IMG/VR virus record: IMGVR_UViG_3300049051_000067 | Location: 1 to 39,015 of that record | Direction: 5' to 3' (one strand) | Length of the DNA stretch: 39,015 nucleotides | From: a virus | Lineage: Duplodnaviria > Caudoviricetes | Shown: piece by piece, positions 7,291 through 17,708 of the stretch | Numbering within the stretch: position 1 is the first letter of the stretch | Layout of the letters: each line of letters begins with the position of its first letter | Notes under the pieces: generated by a model | The model's database searches: none | Told to the model about the DNA's origin: nothing | The model's input: only the letters and a program-made list of their open reading frames with translations | Position numbers and translations under genes: made by a program

Positions 7291-10200
7291 GCGAGCTCCA
7301 CCCGCGCCAGGCGCGATTCAATTTCCGAAATCTTCGCGTTCGACTCCTTCAGCTGCTTGATCAGTTCCAGGTTCGCCGCTTGCGAGACCTTCAGCTGTGC
7401 TTCGGCAGACTCTTGCGCCTTGCGCATGGCGGCATCGATCCGCTGCAACACGTCGACTTGCTTGGCGCTGGCATCCCTCACGGCAGTGCCCAGGGCGGCG
7501 CTGGTGCTTTCGATGGTCGCGATCTGGAGCTTCTGGTTGGCGATCTGCTGGTCGTTTGGCGCGGACGCGCCGAATTGCTCCAGGTCGCCGACAACGCTGG
7601 CAAACGTCGCTGCGTAGGAAGCAGTCGAACCGAAGTATTGCTTCTCAATTCCCAAGAACGATTGCGCCAGGGACTGCAGGTTCCCGATGGCCGATTCGTC
7701 ACCGCCGCGCGCCCGGCGCAACGTTTCGTTGTACTGGTTGCGCACGGACGCCAGCTGGTCGACCGGCGCCAGCGCGGAAAGGTCACCGAATTTCAGACCA
7801 GCCGCAAAATCGCGCATCTGCCCGGCGACATCACGCATCTTGACCATCGCTTCGAGCTCTCGCGTCAGGGTATCTTTCCTGACCTGGTACTGCGCCTGGA
7901 CGTCCGTCACGGACTTGGCCTGAAGCTGGTCTTCGAGTTCGATGCGCTGCATCGCCAAGGTCTTGATCTTGTTGAGCGCATCAATGCTGTCCTGGCCGGA
8001 GCCTACCTTCGCCCACAGGCCTGCCTCGGCGCTCTTCAGCGCGTCGACTTTCCCCTGAAGGTCCATGCCGCCCAGGGATGCGTTGAAAATCTCGTCCATC
8101 AACCCCGCGCGCGCGGCGCCGTATGCGCTGGCGTCCGCAGCTAATTTGGTGCGCGCTGCCTCGTCAGCCTTCAACGCCGCCAGGCGGTCATACAACGCGA
8201 CCGTCGAAGCAGCCATGCCCGCCGTCTCCAGGGAGCGCAGCTGCGCCTCGTTCATCCTGGCCTTCAGCAGGCCATTGATCTGATCCTGGAGGGATGATTC
8301 GACCTGAGCCACACGTTGGCGCGCCTCGGCCTCCGCATCGAGCTGACGCTGCCGTTCGTCCTTGGCCGCGAGCAGCAGCTGCAGTTCGTCGTAGCGTGCA
8401 AGATTGGATGCATCGATTGCCGCACGCGCCTTCTCGGCGTCGCTCATCGCAATTTCACGGATCTGCTTTTCGATTGCATTCCGCTCGCTCTGGATGTCCG
8501 CCAGCGATTTGGCCGCATTCGCCGTATCCTCAATGACCGGATGCAGCTTTGCGAAGGCCTCCTGAATGTTCATTAAGGATGCATACCGCTTGGCTCCCTC
8601 CTCGGTGGCCAGGGCACCCGAGTTCACGATTTCGAGGGTGGCCGCCTTGAATGCATCGCGAGTATTCACCCCCGCCATGCCGAGGGCGGCCAGTTGCTCC
8701 GCCACGTACTTCTGGACGGGGGCCAGGCGCTCCGCTTCGGTCAGGAAATTCTCGGCAAACGAGTTCGTCCTGCTGGCCAGTTCGCTGATGCCACCATTCA
8801 TCTCGATGAGGTGTTCGCGCGCGGCAAGGCTCTGGATGCCCGTGGCGCCAAATGTCGTCCCGATGGACGCCAGGATGGAGTCCAGGTTCGCATAGTTTGT
8901 CGCTACCCGGGTCAGCGTCTCCATGTAGCCTTCGCCAACCTTTTGGAACTGCTCCAGACCGCCCACGCCATACCGGGCCAGGTCGTCGCCTACTTTGGCA
9001 AAGACGGTCTCCAGCTGCTTCTGGATCTGCTCGCCGGTCAGCCCCTTCAGGCTCACCTTGCCGATATCGACCACGAACGTGTTCAGGTGGGCGACAAACT
9101 CGTCGCCCCCCACGCCCAGCAGCTTGCCGGCCTCCGCGACGCCGCCGGCCAGGCCGGCGATTACCTTGGTAATCTGGTCGTTTGCCTGTGCGCCCAGGCT
9201 GGACAGCGAAGTGTTCTCCTTGTCGCTGTGGAACCAGCCGCCATCCTTCTTGGTGTCGGTGTACTGGCTGGCGGCCAGGCCGCCCGACAGCGCGGCGCTG
9301 AGAGACGTACGATTGACCGTCAGGCCCGTATCGAGCGTGCTGACGTTTCCGCCGAACACGGCATTCGAAATCTTCCCGGATATCTTGCCAAACCAACCAT
9401 TGCTCACGCTGTCCAGGATCGACGTCAAGGTGAGCTTGGCTCCCCCCCCCTCGGTAAACGATGCAGCGGAACCCTTGCTGTTTGGCGCCAGCGCACCGGT
9501 CAGACCCGAGTCGCGCACCAGTAGGTTGCCCAACCCTGCGATCGAGCTTTCGATGTTGCGCAGCGACGCCAGCATACCCGCCGTGTGCGAGAGCTCGATG
9601 CTCGAATTGGAGGCCGCAAGTTCCACCGAGCGGGCGATCGAGTCGGACTTGGCCGCACTGTCTCCCAGGACGGAACCCGTCCCGGCAGCCTTTTGGCGGT
9701 CAGCGGCAGTTGTATCTTTGTGCCCGCCGCCAGAAACGGCGAAACCGAGCGCCGCCATCGCGGCCGCCATCGCGGCCATGCGCCCCCACGCAGTGTACGG
9801 ATCGCCCTGGGCCTGGGTCGCCACCGCCAACGCAGCCGCCGAGGCACCTTTCGTTGCGTCGGCAGCCAACTGGGTTGCCGTGCCGCTGGCCACGGCAGTT
9901 GCCTTGGTGGCCTCCCCGGCCACCGTGGCGGCCGTGACTGAGTTCACGGTAAAGAGCTTGGTCGCCATCGACTGGAGGGCCATCGCCATCTCGACGGCGC
10001 GGTATGCCTTCTCGGCGCCCTCGAGCGCACGATATCCGGCAGTGTTCTCCTTGAAGAAGCCCTTGGCGGCGCCGGCCATGTCCCCATAGGACTTGATCTG
10101 CGCCTGGGCGCTCTGCTGGGCAGCAGCGGCATTCGCTTTCGCAATCTTGGTGGTGTCGCCGCCGGCGTTCTTGGTTGCAAGGGCCAACTGGGCAGCGATA

Positions 10201-12446
10201 CTGGCCTGGGTGCGCGAGTATCCAGACAGCGCGGTGGTCAAACTGCCGATCGCCGAACCGACCCGGCCGAACGATGCCGCCATCCCCGCGGCAGCGGATT
10301 TCGTGGCCTCGTCCACCGCCTCAACGATTTTGAGCAGCTCCGTGGCGCCGGCCAAGTCGACGTCGATCAGGACTTTGCGCTTCTGGTTCGCATACCAGGT
10401 GTTGAACTCGGTTTGGAGCAGCTTTTGGGCTGCTGTTCCTTCCCCGGCCAGGCGGATGCGTTCACGCCAAATGTCCGCCTCCTGCTCCAGCACGGCAAGA
10501 GCGCGCCCCTTCTGGTCGGGATCAGCCATCGCGGCGGACTTGAGGTTTTCAGCGCGCAGTTGCTCGGCGCCGGCACGGGCCTGCTGCTCGCCCATAATCG
10601 CACCGATGTTCGCCTTGCGCGCGGCGGCCAGGCGCTCGAGTTCAGCGCGCTCGGCTTCGGACGCGGCATGGCCCCGCTCCTGCCAGTTGTCGAGCAATTT
10701 GCGCGCTTCGGTATCAACCTGCACCTGTGCAGCCACGATTTTGCGCGCTTCGGCCGACTTGCCGAACAGGGCAATCTCGCCCTGCAGCGCAGCCTGCTCG
10801 CCTGCAGTTGCACGTTCCCATGCAGCACCTTGCGCAGCGAGCGCCTGCGATGCTGCAGTGGCCAGTTCAGCTTGCGCGTCGTCGGCTTGCCGAATGATGT
10901 TCTTGCGGCGCTCCTGGAGCACGGCCAGGGCGCCAAGGTATTTTTGGCGTTCGGCCAGGTCGGCCTTCCCGGCCGCCAGGTCGGCTTGCTTCTGGACCAG
11001 AGCCCGCTCGGCATCCAGGTCTCGCAGCTGCAGATCGCGGCGCGCAGTAATGTACGCCTGCTCGCTGACCAGACGTTGGCGGCGCTGGCTCTCGAGCGCC
11101 GACAGGGCGCCGCTGACCTTTTCCTGCTCCAGCCCGCGCTGGGCCTCCAGCGCGGCAATGCCAGAATTGTTCAGTTCGGAGTACTTCTTGCGTACTTGGC
11201 CGATGCGTTCATTGATTTCGGCATCGGCTACGCCGGCGGCCAAGCCCTTTTCGCGTACCGCAACGATCTCCTTTTCCATGCGCGCGCGCTTGGACAGGTA
11301 CTGGTCCCCCTCCTTCATCCAGGCGATCGTCGCTTCCTCGAGTTTCACGCCATCGGCCTTGACCTTGGCGTTCCAGGCTGCCGCATCGCGCTCCTCTTTT
11401 AACGCATTTACGCGCTTCTGGGCGTTATCCAGCGCAGCTTTGCCCTCCGCGCCGCTGCCCATAAAGGTATAACGGTTAGCCTTGGCTTTTGCGAGCGTGG
11501 CCTCCGCCTTGGCGATCTTCTCCTCGATGGTGTCGCTGCGGCCAACATCGAGCATGGCATCCCAGGCGCCCTTTGCGAAGTCTTTGACGCTGGTCCACGC
11601 CTTTTCCATCGTGCCGAGATTGGCAACGATGCGCGCCGACCGCTCGCCCATGGCGTCAGCATAGGCCTTCTGGGCTACCGCCCCCGCTTCGTCAAGCTTG
11701 CCCTGATCCTCCAAGGCCTTGATTTGCTGATAAACCGCCGCGGTCAGATAGTGGTACTGCTCGGTCAGTTTCTCGCTCGCACGCAGCGGCGCCTTGCCAA
11801 GCTCTGCGAAATCCGTCGCCGTGTCGGCAACGCTCTTGCCGATCGCGCGCTCCTGTTCGATCGCGACCTGACTGAACTCTTTCAAGTTCTCGACAGCCAA
11901 TTGGCCGGTACCGCCCAAAGCGGCGACCGCTTCGGATGCCGCCGCTTGTGTGCCAACGACCTTGCCGATCTCCCGCGACATGCCGGCCATCTGGTCGACG
12001 GTCGCACCCACCACACCGCCGGTCATTTCAATGGATTTACGGTAGCCGTCAGCCTCCTGGCTGCCCTGCTTGTAAGCGACGGCCAGCGCCAGGCCGGCAG
12101 CCGCCGCCACGGTGAACGGGTTGACCAAGCCGACGACATAGGTGCCCAGGGCGCGGGCCGCGGCGCCACTGCTGCCGAACATGTCGCGCAGCTGGCCGCC
12201 CTGTTGCAGGAATACGGTGAGCGGCGCCTGGCCAGATTGCAAGCTGACGACCATGTCCGTCACCTGGGCGGGAATCATGCGCATTGCGTTGGCGTGCTGC
12301 GCGGCAGATTGCCCTATGGTGCCCAGCGTGCGATTCCCCTGGCTTGCCAGCTGGTTTAGCGATGCGCTGCCTTCCGCTCGCAGGCGATTGAATTCCGCAA
12401 TCGCCTGGTCTGCTTCGGCTGTAATGAGAACGCGAGTATCAGCCAC
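7287..12446 (-). CDS. Tail length tape measure protein
   Basis: 1719 aa, Ala/Gln-rich and helical, with the lambda-H-type signature IPAQVTDMVVSLQSGQAPLTVFLQQGGQLRDMFG. Confidence 0.95.
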   Translation of the reverse strand: MADTRVLITAEADQAIAEFNRLRAEGSASLNQLASQGNRTLGTIGQSAAQHANAMRMIPAQVTDMVVSLQSGQAPLTVFLQQGGQLRDMFGSSGAAARALGTYVVGLVNPFTVAAAAGLALAVAYKQGSQEADGYRKSIEMTGGVVGATVDQMAGMSREIGKVVGTQAAASEAVAALGGTGQLAVENLKEFSQVAIEQERAIGKSVADTATDFAELGKAPLRASEKLTEQYHYLTAAVYQQIKALEDQGKLDEAGAVAQKAYADAMGERSARIVANLGTMEKAWTSVKDFAKGAWDAMLDVGRSDTIEEKIAKAEATLAKAKANRYTFMGSGAEGKAALDNAQKRVNALKEERDAAAWNAKVKADGVKLEEATIAWMKEGDQYLSKRARMEKEIVAVREKGLAAGVADAEINERIGQVRKKYSELNNSGIAALEAQRGLEQEKVSGALSALESQRRQRLVSEQAYITARRDLQLRDLDAERALVQKQADLAAGKADLAERQKYLGALAVLQERRKNIIRQADDAQAELATAASQALAAQGAAWERATAGEQAALQGEIALFGKSAEARKIVAAQVQVDTEARKLLDNWQERGHAASEAERAELERLAAARKANIGAIMGEQQARAGAEQLRAENLKSAAMADPDQKGRALAVLEQEADIWRERIRLAGEGTAAQKLLQTEFNTWYANQKRKVLIDVDLAGATELLKIVEAVDEATKSAAAGMAASFGRVGSAIGSLTTALSGYSRTQASIAAQLALATKNAGGDTTKIAKANAAAAQQSAQAQIKSYGDMAGAAKGFFKENTAGYRALEGAEKAYRAVEMAMALQSMATKLFTVNSVTAATVAGEATKATAVASGTATQLAADATKGASAAALAVATQAQGDPYTAWGRMAAMAAAMAALGFAVSGGGHKDTTAADRQKAAGTGSVLGDSAAKSDSIARSVELAASNSSIELSHTAGMLASLRNIESSIAGLGNLLVRDSGLTGALAPNSKGSAASFTEGGGAKLTLTSILDSVSNGWFGKISGKISNAVFGGNVSTLDTGLTVNRTSLSAALSGGLAASQYTDTKKDGGWFHSDKENTSLSSLGAQANDQITKVIAGLAGGVAEAGKLLGVGGDEFVAHLNTFVVDIGKVSLKGLTGEQIQKQLETVFAKVGDDLARYGVGGLEQFQKVGEGYMETLTRVATNYANLDSILASIGTTFGATGIQSLAAREHLIEMNGGISELASRTNSFAENFLTEAERLAPVQKYVAEQLAALGMAGVNTRDAFKAATLEIVNSGALATEEGAKRYASLMNIQEAFAKLHPVIEDTANAAKSLADIQSERNAIEKQIREIAMSDAEKARAAIDASNLARYDELQLLLAAKDERQRQLDAEAEARQRVAQVESSLQDQINGLLKARMNEAQLRSLETAGMAASTVALYDRLAALKADEAARTKLAADASAYGAARAGLMDEIFNASLGGMDLQGKVDALKSAEAGLWAKVGSGQDSIDALNKIKTLAMQRIELEDQLQAKSVTDVQAQYQVRKDTLTRELEAMVKMRDVAGQMRDFAAGLKFGDLSALAPVDQLASVRNQYNETLRRARGGDESAIGNLQSLAQSFLGIEKQYFGSTASYAATFASVVGDLEQFGASAPNDQQIANQKLQIATIESTSAALGTAVRDASAKQVDVLQRIDAAMRKAQESAEAQLKVSQAANLELIKQLKESNAKISEIESRLARVELA

Positions 12447-12774
12447 CGGATTCCTTGTTTCGTCTTTGTTCCCAAGCTTCGAGCGTTGCCTCCTCCATCA
12501 CCTGGATATCGGAGAACAATTCACTTCGCTTCTGTCCCTTGATGCCCATCAGCCGTAAGGCGCTTTCGACGCCGGAATAGTTCAGACCTGTTGCCCCAGC
12601 CACTCCAACCGTCCATTGCGACTGCAACCGCATGAACAGCCGCCAGCTCTCCAGGTTGCATGGCCATAAGAAGATTTCGTCGTACTCGTCCTGCGGCACC
12701 TCGGCAACCAAGCCAAACACCGCCAGCGCGGTGTCCAGCTCGGTCTTCTCGCGCTTCTGCTCCGCCTCGTTCAC
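12439..12774 (-). CDS. Tail assembly chaperone, second part (gpT-like, DUF1799-like); probably made as a -1 frameshift fusion
   Basis: LWPCN..W..F..LQSQW..G..GLNY and IQVME motifs; the frame is open back to the slippery site at 12813-12819. Confidence 0.75.
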   Translation of the reverse strand: MNEAEQKREKTELDTALAVFGLVAEVPQDEYDEIFLWPCNLESWRLFMRLQSQWTVGVAGATGLNYSGVESALRLMGIKGQKRSELFSDIQVMEEATLEAWEQRRNKESGG

Positions 12775-12809
12775 CAGTTGGCCGAGCGCAGAGCAGCGCG
12801 CGAAATCCG

Positions 12810-13160
12810 CTAGTTTTTTGCTTTTGCCGCGCTTTCCTGGCTGTATGCATTGAAGGCCAGCTGGCCCACTCCATCGATGTTGAACAGGGCGTCGAGCGCT
12901 TCAGAGCAGAATTCAGCCGGTTTGCCGTCTTCCTCCTGCACCAAGGTCTGGTCACGCCAGCCTTTGGTCACTTGCGCGAAGAATTTGGGGATGTCACTGA
13001 CGACGAGCGAGCTCATCGTCTTACGCTTTTCCTCGCCAGTCAGGCGGTCGCAAACCAGGCTGAACTTGAACGGCTGAGGATTGCCCTGCGCGTCCGCCAG
13101 GGTGCCTTCCACTGGCACCAGGACAGTGTCGCTTACGTTGACTTTGTATTTTTTGGTCAT
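12810..13160 (-). CDS. Tail assembly chaperone (gpG-like)
   Basis: Between tube and tape measure genes; ends AKN-stop on A AAA AAC TAG. Confidence 0.8.
   Translation of the reverse strand: MTKKYKVNVSDTVLVPVEGTLADAQGNPQPFKFSLVCDRLTGEEKRKTMSSLVVSDIPKFFAQVTKGWRDQTLVQEEDGKPAEFCSEALDALFNIDGVGQLAFNAYSQESAAKAKN
12813..12819 (-). other. Programmed -1 ribosomal frameshift heptamer A AAA AAC
   Basis: X XXY YYZ pattern in the G frame. The -1 frame reads KLADFARCSALGQLVNEAEQK into the 12439..12774 ORF with no stop. Confidence 0.8.
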
Positions 13161-13195
13161 GGAATTGTTCGATTTTCTGGGCTATGCCCGTGGGG

Positions 13196-14167
13196 TTAGA
13201 AACTGGTAACGATGCGGATCTCGTCGTTGCCGGACAGCGGGTTGATGTTCAGCTTGTAGCCGCACATGCGCTTGCCGTTCAGCTCTTCCTTGGTCGGCTC
13301 GACACGCTGGACGCTTGGCATCCAGACCAGGACCTTGTCGCCGGCCACCGTGCCATGGCACATGCCGACCGTGGTCAGCGTTGCGGCCTTCACGTCGGCC
13401 AAGAACTGGACTTCCTGCGCAGCGGTCAAGTCCAGCTTCACGGCGCCGGTTACCTTGCGGTCGGTGATCTCCACCGATTCCCCACCCAGCAGGGCCTGGA
13501 ACGGTGTGGAAATGCCCAGGTCAATGGTCAGGCCCTGGCTCGGATATTCGGTGCCTGCGGCGATCGCCGGCGCTGTCGCGATGTTGTGGGTGCCACCGAA
13601 GGTGACATTGCCCGAGTTGGCATCGGTGACGATCTGTGGCACGCGAAAGGCTGTCAGCGTGGTGGCCGGCGCGGCCACCGCGGTGGCACCGCCGTTAATG
13701 CCGACAAACTTGAACGAGATCACAGGCTTTTCGCCCACCGACATCTTCAGGGAGGCGGTGCCGCGCGCGCCGAGCAGCTTGTGCAGCACGCCGTCGTCGT
13801 ACCAGTCGATGGTGACCGATTCGAAGACGTTCGACACTGGCACGTAGTCCACGCGGGTGGCGGCGGTGATGATTTCTGCGAAGCCGATGGCACGCATGAG
13901 CGCCCCCCAAGCCGGTGGGGTGCCGGCCGTGCCCGATCCGACCAACTCGATGTCAAAGCCGGCTTCCACGTAGGCGGTGCCGACCAGTTGCTCCGAGCCG
14001 CCCAGATAGGCGCGGATGATGTCGCGGTCCACGTTCTGCGCGTTCAGCGGGTTGATGCTCAGGTTGCTTACCACCAGCGCGTTCGCGGCGCCGGTCGGCG
14101 CAGCGTCGGTGCCGTAGGTGCTTTCGACGGCCGCCAGGATGGCAGTTTTGCGGATAAGACGTCCCAT
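13196..14167 (-). CDS. Major tail tube protein
   Basis: 323 aa; AAVESTYGTDAAPT N-terminus typical of tube proteins; upstream of the chaperones. Confidence 0.82.
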   Translation of the reverse strand: MGRLIRKTAILAAVESTYGTDAAPTGAANALVVSNLSINPLNAQNVDRDIIRAYLGGSEQLVGTAYVEAGFDIELVGSGTAGTPPAWGALMRAIGFAEIITAATRVDYVPVSNVFESVTIDWYDDGVLHKLLGARGTASLKMSVGEKPVISFKFVGINGGATAVAAPATTLTAFRVPQIVTDANSGNVTFGGTHNIATAPAIAAGTEYPSQGLTIDLGISTPFQALLGGESVEITDRKVTGAVKLDLTAAQEVQFLADVKAATLTTVGMCHGTVAGDKVLVWMPSVQRVEPTKEELNGKRMCGYKLNINPLSGNDEIRIVTSF

Positions 14168-14170
14168 GTT

Positions 14171-14392
14171 TTACTCCTGATCAGGTTGATCAGCTGGCAC
14201 AGGGCCTGCTGTTTTGGTAAGCGCACCAGTTGCCGGGTCGCGCGTGTAGCTGCCGCCCGCCTGCGGATCGGCAGGCTGGGCGGAGGTGCCCTCTGCCGCC
14301 TGGCGGGCAGTCCTTGCCGTAGCCTGAGGGGCCTCCGCCGCTGGGGCGCCGCCGCCCACGGCAGCGCTGGCATCTCCCGAAACCTTGTTCAT
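14171..14392 (-). CDS. Small low-complexity tail-region protein
   Basis: 73 aa, fills the gap between terminator and tube with an ATGA overlap; GGSYTRDPATG motif. Confidence 0.6.
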   Translation of the reverse strand: MNKVSGDASAAVGGGAPAAEAPQATARTARQAAEGTSAQPADPQAGGSYTRDPATGALTKTAGPVPADQPDQE

Positions 14393-14829
14393 ACTTTCAA
14401 AGTCCTTCCCATTGTTTGGTGTTTCACGACGAATTTCGCGATGACGTAGGCCAAGCTGGTATCGAGCTCGTCGTTCTCCCAGGCCAGCGTTTCGCCCTGC
14501 AGCGGCTCGACGTCCATCACTGTGTCATTCAGCGTGGGATTGCCATCCAGGCAGTCGAAAACCGCGTCGATGATCTGATCGAGCGCCACGTCCGCGGCCG
14601 TCCCAGCGCCACGGGCATAGCATTCGACCTCGATCAGCGTGTTCCAGCTGGTGCGGCCGCCTGCGATCTGCGCCAGCTCCGATGCGCTGTGGGTCAGGCG
14701 TACTACGACGCCCGCTCCCTGGTCGGTGGCGATGGCGCGGGAACGGTTGGCGTACACCCTGCCGCCAGCGACACCTGCCGCTTTGAGGACATCCACAACA
14801 ACGTCGCGGACCGCGCGGTGCGCCGTCAT
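14389..14829 (-). CDS. Tail terminator (gpU-like)
   Basis: Start reassigned to ATG 14829 (ATGA overlap); GRVYANRSR motif; size and position fit. Confidence 0.65.
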   Translation of the reverse strand: MTAHRAVRDVVVDVLKAAGVAGGRVYANRSRAIATDQGAGVVVRLTHSASELAQIAGGRTSWNTLIEVECYARGAGTAADVALDQIIDAVFDCLDGNPTLNDTVMDVEPLQGETLAWENDELDTSLAYVIAKFVVKHQTMGRTLKV

Positions 14830-15131
14830 GCCCTCTCCAGCACAAGGAGCGTGAGGCCGGCCGGCGATTCGCCATCCGGCCTCCTCTCGGCGACAACCCA
14901 CTCAACACCGTTGACAAGCGCCGGAGCGCCCAGGACGTCAACCGGCACGTCCGCACTGGACACATACATCTGCGGGGCCGCCGCGCCCATCCCAACGACG
15001 CCTACCATGCTCGCTTTGAACTCGGCATCGAAGATCGCGCGCACCGGGTCGTCGCTACCGAATGCCGCTTGGGCGTTCGATAACTTGGACAGGATGGCGC
15101 GATTGATTCGCGCTTCGGCCGCGTCGAACAT
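14826..15131 (-). CDS. Head-tail joining/stopper protein (gpFII-like)
   Basis: 101 aa, beta-rich, with VRAIFD and RRPDG..GLTLLVLE; follows the capsid genes. Confidence 0.7.
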   Translation of the reverse strand: MFDAAEARINRAILSKLSNAQAAFGSDDPVRAIFDAEFKASMVGVVGMGAAAPQMYVSSADVPVDVLGAPALVNGVEWVVAERRPDGESPAGLTLLVLERA

Positions 15132-15463
15132 CAGGCGTTCAGCTTGACGGCGACGGTGGCAACGCCAGCCCCGGCGTCGGCAGCGGCGTAGCCGGCCTTG
15201 GTGTTGCCGGCCGCGGATTCGGTGAGGTGCGACGCTGCGGCGTCCCAGTACAGCTCTTCGCCGATCTTGGTATCGTCGGTGTTCAAGCGTGGCAGAGCGA
15301 ACACGCCGGAAACCGCGAGCTGGCCCTTGCCGTTCGGCTCAATATCGCCCAATGCGACGGCCAGGCGCTTGCCGATCAGCACCGCGCTGCCGGACAGGAT
15401 GGTCGCACCCGAAGTGTTGGTGTAATCGAGGACATTACCCTCTTGCACATAGTTTTTTGCCAT
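15131..15463 (-). CDS. DUF2190-family capsid cement/decoration protein
   Basis: MAKNYVQEG start, GVFALP, G..LYWD and V.VKLN end. Confidence 0.85.
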   Translation of the reverse strand: MAKNYVQEGNVLDYTNTSGATILSGSAVLIGKRLAVALGDIEPNGKGQLAVSGVFALPRLNTDDTKIGEELYWDAAASHLTESAAGNTKAGYAAADAGAGVATVAVKLNA

Positions 15464-15521
15464 CTTTGGCTCCTGAAATTGAAAGGAAGCGGCGCTGACG
15501 CGAGCGGCAGCGCACTACTGC

Positions 15522-17582
15522 TTACTGGCCCGGATTCTTCGCCATCGTGCGATGGGAGATCGGCGCGACGCCGGCGTCCAGGCGCACCTTGAATTCGGTG
15601 CCATCGATGTTCCAGCCCTCCTGTTGCTCCAGGGTGGGCGCCTGGTTGCCATCGAGGTAGCTGACCTCGATCGTGTCATGCGCCATGTTGCTGGCGGCGC
15701 CGTACCATGCGGTTGGCGAAACCGCATCCAGGCGCGCATCGGAAATCACCTCGAACGTGCCGCGCACCGAGTTCGGCACCGTATTGTTCTTCGCGGCCGC
15801 GCCAACGTCGTATTCGCTGTCGCGTACGGTCTTGGCCAGCCCTTCCAGCGCCACCGGAACGATCAGGTTGGCCAGGCGGATGTTCAGGATGGCGTCGCCA
15901 TCTTTCTGCAGGGCCATCGCAACGCGCATCGCATCAACTGCGGCGGTCGAGAGGCCGGCGCCGGTCAGCAGGTTGTTGTGGCTGGCGTGGAACAGGTCGA
16001 CACCATCGGACATCTTCGACTGCGCCAGCGTGGCGTAGACCAGGTTACCTACGGTGCGGATGGCGGCGCGGCCCATCAGGCGCGGAATCTTGACGAAGGC
16101 GTTCAGGTCATCGTTGATGATGGTCTGGCGGTTGATCGAGAAGAGCTTGCCGTACGTGGCCAGTTGCACCGGCTCGCCGCGGTCGCCCATGGTGGCGTAG
16201 CGGTACTCGCCACCATCAACGCGGTCCAGCGACGGGAACGAACTCAGGTCGACGCGCTTGCCAACCTTGAAGTCGCCCAGCTCGCCGACAGTCGTCCATT
16301 TCTGGAAAGTCTCTTCCGCCTCTTCGAAGCCGCGCATCATCGCCTTTTCGGCGATGTTCGCCAGCAGGCTGCGGAAGTCGGATGTCGAGTGGGTGAAGGC
16401 GGCGCCGACAACGGCCATCTTGTCGTTGCCGCGCATCTTGACGCCGCCTTGCTCCAGGTAGGCACGGGCAATGTCCATCATGGTGAAGCCACGATAGTTG
16501 TTCGCGGTGTCGTCCTTGGCCAGGCCAGCGCGGGCCAGGATCGATGCCTGCATGCCGGCGCGCGCCTTGTCGCGCTCGTCCTCCAGGGTGACGATCTGCG
16601 TACCGGCGACGGGCTTGGACTCCTTGCCCAGGTGCGCCAGCAGCTTCGCATTGGCCGCCTCTACGGAGCATGCGTGGTCGCTCTCGCAAGCGGCCTGCAG
16701 GGCTGCTACACCCTCCCAGGTGGCGAAACGTGCGAACACGTTCGCGATTGCCGTGCGGCGGGTTTGATCGGCGGCCAGCACCTGGGCGCGGATCTGCTCT
16801 TCGTTCTGGTGCTGCGCGGCCGCAGCGGGCGTTGCTTCTGGTGGCATGGTCTTGCTCTCCTTGGTAGCTTGAGGGGTTGGTGCCGCTGCCGCAGCGACGG
16901 GCGCGGGCTTGAGCATGGGGATGGATGCATAGCGCGCCTGGACCGACGCGTGGAGCTGCGCCGATGCGGCGACTGGGAGTGCCGGAACGATCTGGTCGAT
17001 CAGCTGCGCTTCCAGCGCGGCTTCAGCGGTGTACCAGTGATCCTTGCCGTCGGAGAGCAGCGCGAGCGCCGCCTCCTTGTCGCCGCTGCGCACGGCATAG
17101 CTGGTGGCCATTGATTCGGCGAAGCTGTCGAGCATGTCGGCGAAGTCGCGCAGCTCATTGGCGTTGCCCGAGACGTAGTTGAGCCACGGTGCGTGGATCA
17201 TGAGCTGAGCATTCTCGGCCATCTCGATGCTATCGCCCGCCATGGCGATCAGACTGGCGACGGAAGCTGCGACGCTGTCAACGATCGTCGTCACGTCGGC
17301 TTTGTGGCGCCGGATCGCGTTGAAAATGGCGATGCCGTCCGGGACGGAGCCACCGTAACTGTTAATCCGGATAGTGATCTGATCGACGTCGAGCGCGCCG
17401 ATCTCGCGCACGAAGTCTTTCGCCGCGACGGTGTCGCCGTACCAGCTCTCGCCAATGTCGCCGTAGATCAGGATTTCTGCGCTGCGCGCGCCGTCGGCGC
17501 CAGCGTTTACACCGGCCGCCCGGGCGCGGATCGTGTACCACTTCGGAACAGGTGCGGCGGCGTTATTTGCGGTTGGTGGCAT
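15522..17582 (-). CDS. ClpP-like prohead protease / major capsid fusion protein
   Basis: ILIYGDIG, INSYGG, AASVAS (Ser) and MIHAP (His) protease motifs, then a capsid domain (AFTHSTSDF, TYGKLFSINRQTIINDD). Confidence 0.93.
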   Translation of the reverse strand: MPPTANNAAAPVPKWYTIRARAAGVNAGADGARSAEILIYGDIGESWYGDTVAAKDFVREIGALDVDQITIRINSYGGSVPDGIAIFNAIRRHKADVTTIVDSVAASVASLIAMAGDSIEMAENAQLMIHAPWLNYVSGNANELRDFADMLDSFAESMATSYAVRSGDKEAALALLSDGKDHWYTAEAALEAQLIDQIVPALPVAASAQLHASVQARYASIPMLKPAPVAAAAAPTPQATKESKTMPPEATPAAAAQHQNEEQIRAQVLAADQTRRTAIANVFARFATWEGVAALQAACESDHACSVEAANAKLLAHLGKESKPVAGTQIVTLEDERDKARAGMQASILARAGLAKDDTANNYRGFTMMDIARAYLEQGGVKMRGNDKMAVVGAAFTHSTSDFRSLLANIAEKAMMRGFEEAEETFQKWTTVGELGDFKVGKRVDLSSFPSLDRVDGGEYRYATMGDRGEPVQLATYGKLFSINRQTIINDDLNAFVKIPRLMGRAAIRTVGNLVYATLAQSKMSDGVDLFHASHNNLLTGAGLSTAAVDAMRVAMALQKDGDAILNIRLANLIVPVALEGLAKTVRDSEYDVGAAAKNNTVPNSVRGTFEVISDARLDAVSPTAWYGAASNMAHDTIEVSYLDGNQAPTLEQQEGWNIDGTEFKVRLDAGVAPISHRTMAKNPGQ

Positions 17583-17624
17583 TGCGGCTCCTTAACTCAG
17601 AGCCCACAGTTTCCATTTTGCGCA

Positions 17625-17650
17625 GTCCCATTTCTACGCAAAAATGAGAC
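17625..17650. promoter_or_regulatory. Putative Mor/C-type late activator site 1 (GTCCCA-N14-TGAGAC)
   Basis: Imperfect dyad upstream of the capsid gene; near-identical copy at 19558-19583. Confidence 0.6.
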
Positions 17651-17708
17651 AAAATCACTTCATCATCGCGAAGGCCCGCGCAACGCGGGGCGGGCCGTCA
17701 CGCCCGCC

